Shown here piece by piece: positions 46,738 to 54,497 of a DNA stretch of 64,000 bases. A program made the position numbers and the translations under genes. The notes beneath the pieces are model-generated. The model searched no databases and was not told where the DNA came from. It saw only the letters and a list, made by a program, of their open reading frames with translations. The stretch lies in NCBI GenBank assembly GCA_001000675.1, contig LCHW01000001.1, positions 218,294 to 282,293 of the forward strand, written 5' to 3'. The DNA comes from Candidatus Wolfebacteria bacterium GW2011_GWE2_44_13. Lineage in GTDB: Bacteria; Patescibacteriota; Minisyncoccia; UBA6257; UBA9933. Every line of letters starts with the position of its first letter. Within the stretch, counting starts at the first letter, position 1.

Positions 46738-48432
46738 ATGGAAGGAAATATTTTTTTACAAATAAGCGCATTGTTGGCATTGACCGTATCTATTGCGTTT
46801 TTTGTGCGTCTTTTGAAACAGCCACTCATTGTTGCGTATATTATTGCCGGTATTGTAGCGGGGCCACTCTTTTTTAACTTATTGCACGGGGGTAAGGAGC
46901 TGTATGAGGTTTTTGCGCAATTTGGCGTTATCCTCCTCCTTTTTATTATCGGACTTAACTTAAATTTTAGTCATCTAAAAAGCATTGGGAAGGTTTCGTT
47001 TATAACAGGAATGGGGCAGATTATTTTTACGGTCATTATCGGAACGCTTATTTTGTTGGCACTGCATATGCCACTCGTAACTGCGCTTTATTTAGCAATC
47101 GCTATAACATTTTCGAGTACGATTATTATCATGAAGTTGCTGAGCGATAAGAAAGAAACAGAAACTATTTACGGAAAATATACGATCGGCCTCATGCTGG
47201 TCCAAGATGTTGTTGCGGTAGTTATATTGGTTGCAATTGGCTTCTTACGATACGAGGGCGCACTTATGGATTCTTTAGGGATTTTGATTTTTAAGATAGC
47301 TATTATCGGGGCACTTATCGTTGCCGCTGCAAAGTATCTTCTGCCTAAATTATTAGACCAAGTTTCTTATTCTAGTGAGCTGCTGTTTATTTTTACAATC
47401 GCGTGGTGCTTTGGTGTTTCGAGCTTGGTTTTTCTTTCTGGATTTTCCATTGAAATGGGTGCAATTGCTGCAGGCCTTTCTCTCGGCGCCTCGCCCTATC
47501 AGCCGGAAATTGCAAGTCGTATTAAGCCGCTGCGGGACTTTTTCCTTGTTATATTTTTTGTTGTGTTGGGTGGTGAGATGGCCTTTGCTAGTACAAGTGC
47601 CATATGGCTTCCAGGAATTATCCTTTCACTCTTTATCTTGATTGGGAACCCTATTATCTTATTCCTACTCTTTAGAAGTCTTAAGTTTACGCGAAGGAAT
47701 AGTTTCTTAGCGGGAGTAACGGCGGCGCAGGTGAGTGAATTTGGGTTTGTTATCTTATTTACTGGAGAACAGATGGGGCATCTTTCTGGCACAGAGCTTC
47801 CTGTCTTTACTATTGTTGCGCTCCTTACCATCTTTTTCTCCTCATATCTTATTATGTATAGTGAGCGAGTTTATAATTTCCTACTCCCATTCTTTGCGTT
47901 ATTTGGTAAAGATAAATATTTGCAGGAGAACCAAGTTCCTGCGATATACGATGCGTGGATTGTTGGGTATCACCGCATTGGACGAAGAGTTTGTGATGCG
48001 TTGTCGGAGAAAAAGGTTCCCTTTGCAGTGGTTGATTTTGATCCATCCGCAATAAAGTCATTGCGTCGTCAAAAAATACCATCTTTTTTTGGAGACATTG
48101 CAGATATTGAATTTGTACAAGACTTACCTTTGGTGAATAGTAAATTAGTATTAATCACTATCCCATCTACTGACGATCAAATCGTGCTTATCAATCATTT
48201 GCGCAATGCGAAAAGTACAGCATTGATAATCGCCAATGCGGAGCAACACGCAAATATGCATATTCTCTATCAAGCAGGTGCCGATTACGTCATGATGCCG
48301 CACATGGTGGGAGGGGATTGGATTGCCGATATTATAAAAACAAAAGAGTGGATCCCCGAAACATTCGATGAACTTAAGGCTGATCAAAGAAAGCAAGATC
48401 GAACACTTGGACTTGGAAAACAGATTGCATAA
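46738..48432 (+). CDS. monovalent cation:proton antiporter (CPA2, KefB-like) with a C-terminal RCK/TrkA-N domain
   Basis: Na_H_Exchanger TM core followed by a Rossmann-like TrkA-N domain (VGYHRIGRRVCDAL). Confidence 0.75.
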   Translation: MEGNIFLQISALLALTVSIAFFVRLLKQPLIVAYIIAGIVAGPLFFNLLHGGKELYEVFAQFGVILLLFIIGLNLNFSHLKSIGKVSFITGMGQIIFTVIIGTLILLALHMPLVTALYLAIAITFSSTIIIMKLLSDKKETETIYGKYTIGLMLVQDVVAVVILVAIGFLRYEGALMDSLGILIFKIAIIGALIVAAAKYLLPKLLDQVSYSSELLFIFTIAWCFGVSSLVFLSGFSIEMGAIAAGLSLGASPYQPEIASRIKPLRDFFLVIFFVVLGGEMAFASTSAIWLPGIILSLFILIGNPIILFLLFRSLKFTRRNSFLAGVTAAQVSEFGFVILFTGEQMGHLSGTELPVFTIVALLTIFFSSYLIMYSERVYNFLLPFFALFGKDKYLQENQVPAIYDAWIVGYHRIGRRVCDALSEKKVPFAVVDFDPSAIKSLRRQKIPSFFGDIADIEFVQDLPLVNSKLVLITIPSTDDQIVLINHLRNAKSTALIIANAEQHANMHILYQAGADYVMMPHMVGGDWIADIIKTKEWIPETFDELKADQRKQDRTLGLGKQIA

Positions 48433-48490
48433 TTACTAATGCATAAAGAGAGGTTTATGGAGCTAAAAACGAACGCACTGCGTTCGTTTT

Positions 48491-49078
48491 TTAATCTGTT
48501 GCTGGGGTATTACGTATAACCGCAATACTGAAATTGTAAGGGATATCATTCCATTCCGCTGCATGGTCTACGCCAACGCGCTTCTTTTTCTCGATGTGTT
48601 CCGCAGGAATTTCGATGTCTCGATCCTCGAGCCATAACCCGTTTTCTTGTATTGCTTGTAACGCATTGAATGAATCGTCAATTTTAAGAAATTGCGTAAT
48701 TGTTTCTGGTCCATCAATATGCTCCAACTCTCCGGTTGGCAAAAGTACGAGTGCGCTTCGTATCAATACTGCGGCGGGATAGTCCTTAGGGCCGGTTACG
48801 ATATGGAGCATCCACCGCATGTCATAGGTAAGATGCGTGTGGAGTATGCCTGCTTCTGCAAACATGGGCTCGTTATGTTCCGCGCGTCCTTCGTATGCAC
48901 GAGATGCTTTATCCTCGGGTCCTTCATACGCTTCTACTTCGGTAATCATAAGCGTCCATTGATGACCGTTATGTTCTCGGATAAGAAATTTGCCCAGAAG
49001 CTCTTGCGCTACAACAGGAGCGGGTCGATTAAGAAAATCATGCTGTAATACGCGTGTCATATGTGTATCGTACAACAA
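48491..49078 (-). CDS. mpg: DNA-3-methyladenine glycosylase (Mpg/AAG family)
   Basis: Pattern VAQELLGKFLI...ITEVEAYEGPEDKASRAY is typical of the AAG fold. Confidence 0.75.
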   Translation of the reverse strand: MLYDTHMTRVLQHDFLNRPAPVVAQELLGKFLIREHNGHQWTLMITEVEAYEGPEDKASRAYEGRAEHNEPMFAEAGILHTHLTYDMRWMLHIVTGPKDYPAAVLIRSALVLLPTGELEHIDGPETITQFLKIDDSFNALQAIQENGLWLEDRDIEIPAEHIEKKKRVGVDHAAEWNDIPYNFSIAVIRNTPATD

Positions 49079-49084
49079 AAAAAC

Positions 49085-49110
49085 CTCCCGATAAAGAAGG
49101 GAGGCTTTTC
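49085..49110 (-). terminator. Intrinsic terminator downstream of hsp20
   Basis: CCTCCC-N9-GGGAGG followed by a U-run on the minus strand. Confidence 0.55.
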
Positions 49111-49112
49111 TG

Positions 49113-49547
49113 TTATTTTTTAGTACTTACCTTGCTTGGCTTTCTGTTGCGTGCGATCACCTTTACGGTCTTTTGTGCCACGTGCTTTGCTTTGGGCATG
49201 GTAATCGTAAGGATGCCATTTTCGCATGTCGCTTCTATTTTATTCTCCTGCACGGGTGCCGGTAGGCGAATCATTCGCTCGAATGAACCCCTTCGGATTT
49301 CTTTTCTCCAATACCCCTTATCTTTCTCCTCTTTTTGTTTTTGCGAAGTTCCTGAGACATGCAAGATACCGTCTTTAACCGACACCTCAATCTTATCCGC
49401 ATCAATCCCCGGGACATGCATTTCTGCGACGATGGCAGCACCCTTTTCGTACATATCCATTGAAGGGCGTGTTATACCGTACTCGAGTTCTTCTCCCTCA
49501 AAAAATCGATCTATATCAAACAATGACTGGTATGGAAGTAGCGTCAT
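49113..49547 (-). CDS. Hsp20/alpha-crystallin family small heat-shock protein
   Basis: Alpha-crystallin domain (...EVSVKDGILHVSG...GSFERMIRLP...NGILTITMPK). Confidence 0.8.
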   Translation of the reverse strand: MTLLPYQSLFDIDRFFEGEELEYGITRPSMDMYEKGAAIVAEMHVPGIDADKIEVSVKDGILHVSGTSQKQKEEKDKGYWRKEIRRGSFERMIRLPAPVQENKIEATCENGILTITMPKAKHVAQKTVKVIARNRKPSKVSTKK

Positions 49548-49632
49548 ATGTGTTGTGTTAGAGCTAATAATGAAGTCGACCTTTTTTCTTTAGTATAATT
49601 ATACTATAATCGTTATAACAACAACATAAACC

Positions 49633-50184
49633 ATGTCCACCCCTTCCGATCAATCGCATCCGCTTGTTGCCGCACTCGAGGCGTTATTGTTTGTGCATGG
49701 CGATCCATTGGAAGTTAAAAAGATCGCTTCGGTTCTTAAGACTACTGAGCAAGAGGTTGAGGCTGCAATTAGTGGACTCATAGAATATTTACAGCAGGCA
49801 GAGCGTGGCTTGATGCTTGTACGACAGGAGTCTCGTGTGCAGCTTGCTACGAAGCCCGCCTTTTCTTCGCTTGTTGAATATTTAGTAAAAGATGAATTTG
49901 AGGAAAAGTTAACCCCTGCTGCCCTGGAGACACTTTCTCTTATTGCGTATCTTGGCCCTATCTCCCGCGCTCGCGTGGATTATTTACGTGGCGTTAACTC
50001 ATCCTATTCAGTGCGCAATTTGTTAATGCGAGGACTTGTTGAAAAATCTACGGATCCGCAGACACCGCATGTTGTTGCATATCGTGTGAGTTTTGATTTA
50101 TTGAAGCATCTAGGAGTTTCTTCAATCGAAGACCTCCCTGATTATCAAAAATATAAAGCCATTACTGCAGACGCCGAGGCGTAA
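49633..50184 (+). CDS. scpB: segregation and condensation protein B
   Basis: Tandem wHTH ScpB motifs (LEALLFV..DPL...LETLSLIAYLGPISRARVDYLRGVNS). Confidence 0.8.
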   Translation: MSTPSDQSHPLVAALEALLFVHGDPLEVKKIASVLKTTEQEVEAAISGLIEYLQQAERGLMLVRQESRVQLATKPAFSSLVEYLVKDEFEEKLTPAALETLSLIAYLGPISRARVDYLRGVNSSYSVRNLLMRGLVEKSTDPQTPHVVAYRVSFDLLKHLGVSSIEDLPDYQKYKAITADAEA

Positions 50185-50211
50185 TAGTGTGGATTTTGAG
50201 GTTTCTGTACA

Positions 50212-50236
50212 TAAAAACCGCTTAGGCGGTTTTTTG
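50212..50236 (+). terminator. Intrinsic terminator after scpB
   Basis: AAAACCGC-ttag-GCGGTTTT-TT. Confidence 0.65.
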
Positions 50237-50396
50237 CCCCGTAGTAGATATTCGCTTTGCTCGCTTGTAGGCGAGCGCAAAACATGCCTGTTTTGCAGAG
50301 CGAATATTTACTACAGGGTTTTGATTATCAGGGATTCTTTTGCTAGAATGGGCATAGTGTGGGGTAGGAAGTACCCCCTTATTACTTAGTCTATAA

Positions 50397-51389
50397 TTGT
50401 GTATGAGAAAGAGTCGCATTATCTTACTTACGTTATTTATTTCATTATCTTTCGCAGCTTTTCAAGCAATGGGAGAAGAGGGAAATCAATATACTGTTGA
50501 TCAAACCGCTATCGTAAAAGATAGTTTTTCCGATACTATCCCCGAATGGTCCCCAATCATTATTACCGAGGGCAGTGTTTCTGAGGTTGTTTCGCAACCC
50601 ACTTTCGCTACAGGGGGAGTAGCTGCAACATCGAGCGAAAAGCAGGTATGTGGCTTTGGAGTGGGTGCGCGCGAAGGGTTGGTGAGCTACTTAAATACCG
50701 ACACTACGTTGTTTGATCGTAAAACGGAGGGCCGTTGGCCAATCGCTTCTATCACTAAGTTGATGACAGCAATCGTTGCTACTGAATTGGAGATGGAAAA
50801 GCAGACTATTGAAATTACAGAAGCTATGCGTGCAACCGAAGGAGAGGCGGGGAATTTTAAAACAGGGGAGCGTGTTAGTGGAACCGATTTGCTTGTGAGC
50901 ATGCTATTAGTGTCAAGCAATGATGCTGCTGAAGCATTTGCACAGACGTATGGCCGAGATGCCTTCGTGCGAAGAATGAATGCAAAAGCACAGGAACTTC
51001 GTATGCACAATACGCATTACGCTGATCCCTCTGGATTATCCCCGATGAATCAATCGACTCCAAATGATTTGTATACATTAGCGGGATATCTGTATACTGC
51101 ACATCCTGATTTGCTAAAGATTACGCAACAGAAAAAGGCGACCATCACTGATCTCGCTACGAATCGTAAGCGCGTGCTCGCTACCATTAATGAATTTGCA
51201 GGACAAGCTCTTTTTGCTAATTCTGGCAGAGTAACTTTTGTTGGAGGAAAAACTGGTTATATTGCTGAAGCAGAAGGGAACGGAAATTTGTTAACCGTAT
51301 TCACGTATAATAAACAACCATTCGTTATTGTGGTGCTCGGAAGCCCTGATCGATTTGGTGAAACACGAACACTACTCAAATGTATTTAA
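50397..51389 (+). CDS. D-alanyl-D-alanine carboxypeptidase (peptidase S11, PBP5/6-like)
   Basis: Signal anchor plus the SxxK (ASITK), SxN (SSND) and KTG (KTGY) motifs. Confidence 0.75.
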   Translation: MCMRKSRIILLTLFISLSFAAFQAMGEEGNQYTVDQTAIVKDSFSDTIPEWSPIIITEGSVSEVVSQPTFATGGVAATSSEKQVCGFGVGAREGLVSYLNTDTTLFDRKTEGRWPIASITKLMTAIVATELEMEKQTIEITEAMRATEGEAGNFKTGERVSGTDLLVSMLLVSSNDAAEAFAQTYGRDAFVRRMNAKAQELRMHNTHYADPSGLSPMNQSTPNDLYTLAGYLYTAHPDLLKITQQKKATITDLATNRKRVLATINEFAGQALFANSGRVTFVGGKTGYIAEAEGNGNLLTVFTYNKQPFVIVVLGSPDRFGETRTLLKCI

Positions 51390-52459
51390 CACACGCATTT
51401 CTTATTGTAAAAATTCTCAGCTTCTTTATGGCATCATTTCTTGTTGCTATTTTATTAGCTCCGATACTCATCCATTTTTTGTATAAATATAAAGCATGGA
51501 AAAAGAAGCCAAAGGAAAAATCTATTGGTGGATATGATACGCCCGTGTTTCAAAAGTTTCACGCAAAAAAAGAAGTTTCTACTCCGCGCATGGGCGGTAT
51601 CTTAATTTGGGGGACCGTGCTGGTTATCGCAATAATCGATTTTATTCTTGTGCGCATTCTGCCGCATCCGTTATCCGAGCAAGTTGATTTCTTGAGTCGA
51701 TCACAAACATGGCTTCCATTATTCACACTCATAGCTGCATCATTGCTTGGGCTCGTGGATGATATTATGACGGTTCGCAATAGCGGAAATTATGTGAGCG
51801 GAGGATTGCGATTTAAGTGGCGGCTCGCTATTGTTTCTTTAATCGCACTTGTGGGTGCGTGGTGGTTCCATTTTAAACTTGGATGGAGCACGCTCTACAT
51901 TCCTTTTTACGGAAATCTTGAAATCGATGGATTGTATATGGTGCTCTTCGTGTTAACTATGCTCGCTACATTTTCGAGTGGCGTGGTGGATGGATTGGAT
52001 GGATTAGCTGCGGGAGTTATGATTCCGATTTTCACTGCGTTTGGAATTATTGCATATTCGCGCGGACTCTACGATCTAGTCACCTTTATCGTTATTATCG
52101 TGGGTGTGCTGTTTACGTATCTTTGGTATAACGTACCTCCCGCAAAATTTTACATGGGAGAGACGGGTATCCTCGGTCTTACGGCAGTGCTTGCAGTTAT
52201 TGCGTTTCTCACGAACTCAGTTTTCTTCCTTCCTATTATCGGCATCGTACTCGTAATCGAATCACTCTCGGTTATCATACAGCTTGTGTCGAAAAAATTG
52301 CGCAATGGGAAAAAAGTATTTATCGCTGCTCCCATCCATCATCACTTCGAAGCACTTGGTTGGAGTGAGAGTCAGATCACGATGCGCTTCTGGTTGGTTT
52401 CTGGAGTGTTCTCTGGCATTGGATTGATTCTGTATTTTTTGAGTAAGTTCTTGTATTGA
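51380..52459 (+). CDS. mraY: phospho-N-acetylmuramoyl-pentapeptide transferase
   Basis: MraY motifs TPRMGG, LGLVDD, DGLDGLA and PIHHHFE. The start may be 51380 or the Met at 51428. Confidence 0.85.
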   Translation: MYLTHAFLIVKILSFFMASFLVAILLAPILIHFLYKYKAWKKKPKEKSIGGYDTPVFQKFHAKKEVSTPRMGGILIWGTVLVIAIIDFILVRILPHPLSEQVDFLSRSQTWLPLFTLIAASLLGLVDDIMTVRNSGNYVSGGLRFKWRLAIVSLIALVGAWWFHFKLGWSTLYIPFYGNLEIDGLYMVLFVLTMLATFSSGVVDGLDGLAAGVMIPIFTAFGIIAYSRGLYDLVTFIVIIVGVLFTYLWYNVPPAKFYMGETGILGLTAVLAVIAFLTNSVFFLPIIGIVLVIESLSVIIQLVSKKLRNGKKVFIAAPIHHHFEALGWSESQITMRFWLVSGVFSGIGLILYFLSKFLY

Positions 52460-52460
52460 T

Positions 52461-52493
52461 AAAAAACAGACCCTTTGGGGTCTGTTTTTTTGG
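52461..52493. terminator. Bidirectional intrinsic terminator
   Basis: A6-CAGACCC-tttg-GGGTCTG-T7. Confidence 0.65.
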
Positions 52494-52496
52494 TCC

Positions 52497-52955
52497 TTAT
52501 ATTTCTATCCCTTTGGTACGATAGTAGTCCGAAAGATGTTGCTTGAGGTCAGCCCTTTCTTGCTCGTTTTCTATAATGTGGAATGCTATGGTAACTTGTT
52601 CTAGCTTGGCGCGTACCTCTGGGAAAGGGGATGATGTATTAACTCCTACAACCGTTTCAAGAATGTGCTTGCGCATATTGGTGGTTGACCCAATAGTGAA
52701 TGGCTTACCGGCGCAGAGCATGACATAGACCCCTGGCTTTGCGTCGAGGGCAAAGACTGTTTTTAGGGATAAGTTTGCGATCCCTTGAGGGGAGCGTCCG
52801 ATATCGAGATACCCATTTTTGCGTAATTGATCGATATGGTAGGAAACTGTGTTTGTCGAAGCCACCCCTATTTGGCGGGCAATCTCTCGAAAAGAAGGAA
52901 GTACTCCGCCGTTCTTTTCATATAGCTCTACGATTTGCTTTTGAGGTTTTGTCAT
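52497..52955 (-). CDS. LexA-type DNA-binding domain fused to a GIY-YIG nuclease domain
   Basis: The N-terminus matches the LexA wHTH (LT.KQ..V...........PSFREIARQIGVASTNTVSYHIDQLRKNGYL). The C-terminus has GIY-YIG hallmarks (GVYVM...KPFTIGSTTNMRKHILE). There is no S24 peptidase domain. Confidence 0.55.
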   Translation of the reverse strand: MTKPQKQIVELYEKNGGVLPSFREIARQIGVASTNTVSYHIDQLRKNGYLDIGRSPQGIANLSLKTVFALDAKPGVYVMLCAGKPFTIGSTTNMRKHILETVVGVNTSSPFPEVRAKLEQVTIAFHIIENEQERADLKQHLSDYYRTKGIEI

Positions 52956-53104
52956 TGGATTATATTTAGAACACGATTAGAACATTTAAATGCGACATGA
53001 TATAAGGCTCCTTATTTGTTTATAGAACAAGTATAGAACGCTTTGGATGTTTGGTCAACTGGTTTGCGGTTCTTTGTTTAGATGTATATATTAACAAGGA
53101 CTTA

Positions 53105-53130
53105 GATTCCGGCTTCCGCCGGAATGACAA
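53105..53130. repeat. Small palindromic repeat unit (GC variant ATTCCGGCG), copy 4a
   Basis: gattccggcttccgccggaatgacaa. It is inverted relative to copy 4b. Confidence 0.6.
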
Positions 53131-53193
53131 TACAAAAATACAGCACAAAGATAAGCATCCATATTTTAAGAGGAAGGTTGAGCTCCTTCGTGT

Positions 53194-53219
53194 GTCATTC
53201 CGGCGGAGGCCGGAATCCA
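53194..53219. repeat. Small palindromic repeat unit, copy 4b
   Basis: gtcattccggcggaggccggaatcca. With 4a it brackets a 63-bp AT-rich spacer. A partial unit also occurs at 53521-53535. Confidence 0.6.
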
Positions 53220-53280
53220 GTACAATAAGAACATGAAATAATATTACGTATATATCCTTGCGAGTAAGCGCAACGGTACA

Positions 53281-53517
53281 TTGTATATAGGCGTGACCAA
53301 TGATTTAAAGAGGCGAGGGTATAAGCATAAAGAAAAACTGGTAAAAGGGTTTACGAAAGTGTATAGCGTGGACAAGCTGGTTTATTTTGAAATGACAGAA
53401 AATATAACAAGCGCAATCGAAAGAGAAAAGCGGTTAAAGGAGTGGAATAGAAAGTGGAAATTAAAGTTAATTGAAAAAGAAAATCCCGAATGGAAAGATT
53501 TATATGGGATGCTCTAA
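53281..53517 (+). CDS. small GIY-YIG nuclease family protein (UPF0213/COG2827-like), N-terminus apparently truncated
   Basis: Motifs YIGVTNDLKRR...H...K...E. The family-typical residues YYVYILASKRNGTL are encoded in-frame upstream from 53242, but they follow a stop and have no ATG/GTG/TTG start. The only available start is the TTG at 53281. Confidence 0.55.
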   Translation: MYIGVTNDLKRRGYKHKEKLVKGFTKVYSVDKLVYFEMTENITSAIEREKRLKEWNRKWKLKLIEKENPEWKDLYGML

Positions 53518-54029
53518 CCTGGATTCCGGCCGGAGTTTATCCATGAACCATGGGGGTGAGCTTGTCGAACCATTGCCGAGCGGGCTCAAAGTGACAATAC
53601 AAGAACATAGAGCAAATCCCACTGTTGTAAGATTCTGACCTCCCTGCTAATCGACAGGGAGGCGCCAAAAATGACGATGGGGGCGGTCGTCCACCACCGT
53701 CATTTTCGGGAGGGTTTTGAGGTTCGTTCTTGTCGAGCAATGTGTTACTGGAATTAATTTCTAGGGTTGCTGGGTCGTGTAAAAATGGATTTTCCTATTG
53801 TGCGAGTAACGTAAGTCGCGTATACTTAAAGAAGTATTTTATACGTGGGTAATAAAAATAAATAAAGATCGAGCCTTCCTCTTGCGCGGAAACAATCGAT
53901 ACGCTTGCTCTCCTGCGATACTCTTGCGTGCATCGTTGAGCAATTATAGAAAATCTGTCATCTCCTGTTGCGAGATTATTTTTTGTTTTTATCTCTGTAT
54001 AATAAATTCTTATGTCCGTGCGTTTGCCT

Positions 54030-54073
54030 ACTTAGCACAAAGTCTCTCCTTCTCTGGAGAGACTTTGTGCTAA
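54030..54073. repeat. Perfect 19-bp inverted repeat hairpin (6-nt loop)
   Basis: CTTAGCACAAAGTCTCTCC-ttctct-GGAGAGACTTTGTGCTAAG. It abuts the duplicated tRNA-Gly fragment. Confidence 0.7.
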
Positions 54074-54079
54074 GTGTAT

Positions 54080-54326
54080 GAGCGGGTAAAGGGAAGCGCC
54101 TACAAGTCTTGTCTCGCCCTGCCTACCGGCAGGCAGGCGTCGCTCAACAAGCTCGCAGGCCGCCCCTGACTTGGCGTTGCTAGCGAGCGAAGTGAGCGTG
54201 CAACGTGCCGAAATGCCGGCGGAATATAGGGTTATAGTGAAGCCGGCCGCGATACGTCCTGCTGGACGCATATCGCTGCGGTCTTCGATTCCCTACACGA
54301 GTGAAGCAGTTCACTCGTTTTACCCG
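54080..54326. other. GC-rich (~60%) 250-bp structured element bounded by inverted copies of the tRNA-Gly 3' end. It is probably an integration scar, a miniature element or an unidentified ncRNA.
   Basis: Left end gagcgggtaaagggaa is identical to 54367-54382 of the adjacent tRNA gene. The right end ttcgattccct[23-nt hairpin]tttacccgc is the same tRNA 3' end in the opposite orientation. The interior contains several perfect hairpins. Confidence 0.5.
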
Positions 54327-54330
54327 CAAA

Positions 54331-54366
54331 CATAATAAAGCCCCAAAGGGCTTTATTATGTTTTTT
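54331..54366. terminator. 16-bp perfect palindromic hairpin flanking tRNA-Gly
   Basis: AAACATAATAAAGCCC-caaa-GGGCTTTATTATGTTT followed by T6. Confidence 0.5.
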
Positions 54367-54367
54367 G

Positions 54368-54438
54368 AGCGGGTAAAGGGAATCGAACCCTCGCTTCAAC
54401 CTTGGGAAGGTTGCGCACTACCACTATGCAATACCCGC
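54368..54438 (-). tRNA. tRNA-Gly (anticodon CCC)
   Basis: Manual cloverleaf fold on the minus strand: acceptor GCGGGTA/TACCCGC, D-stem GCAT/GTGC, anticodon stem CAACC/GGTTG with loop TTCCCAA, T-arm GAGGG-TTCGATT-CCCTT and discriminator U. CCA is not encoded. Confidence 0.8.
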
Positions 54439-54497
54439 TGTTCGGATGCTATATTAAGCTTTTGTATTATACGAAAAGAATAGGGGTTACCGCAACC

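Noticed and set aside
54080-54330. tmRNA (ssrA) or a second, intron-containing tRNA
   Set aside because: The ends pair like an acceptor stem (GCGGGTA/TACCCGC). However, there is no T-arm adjacent to the 3' acceptor strand, and no resume codon or tag ORF ending in an ALAA-like peptide. It is better explained as tRNA-3'-end-derived repeats from integration.
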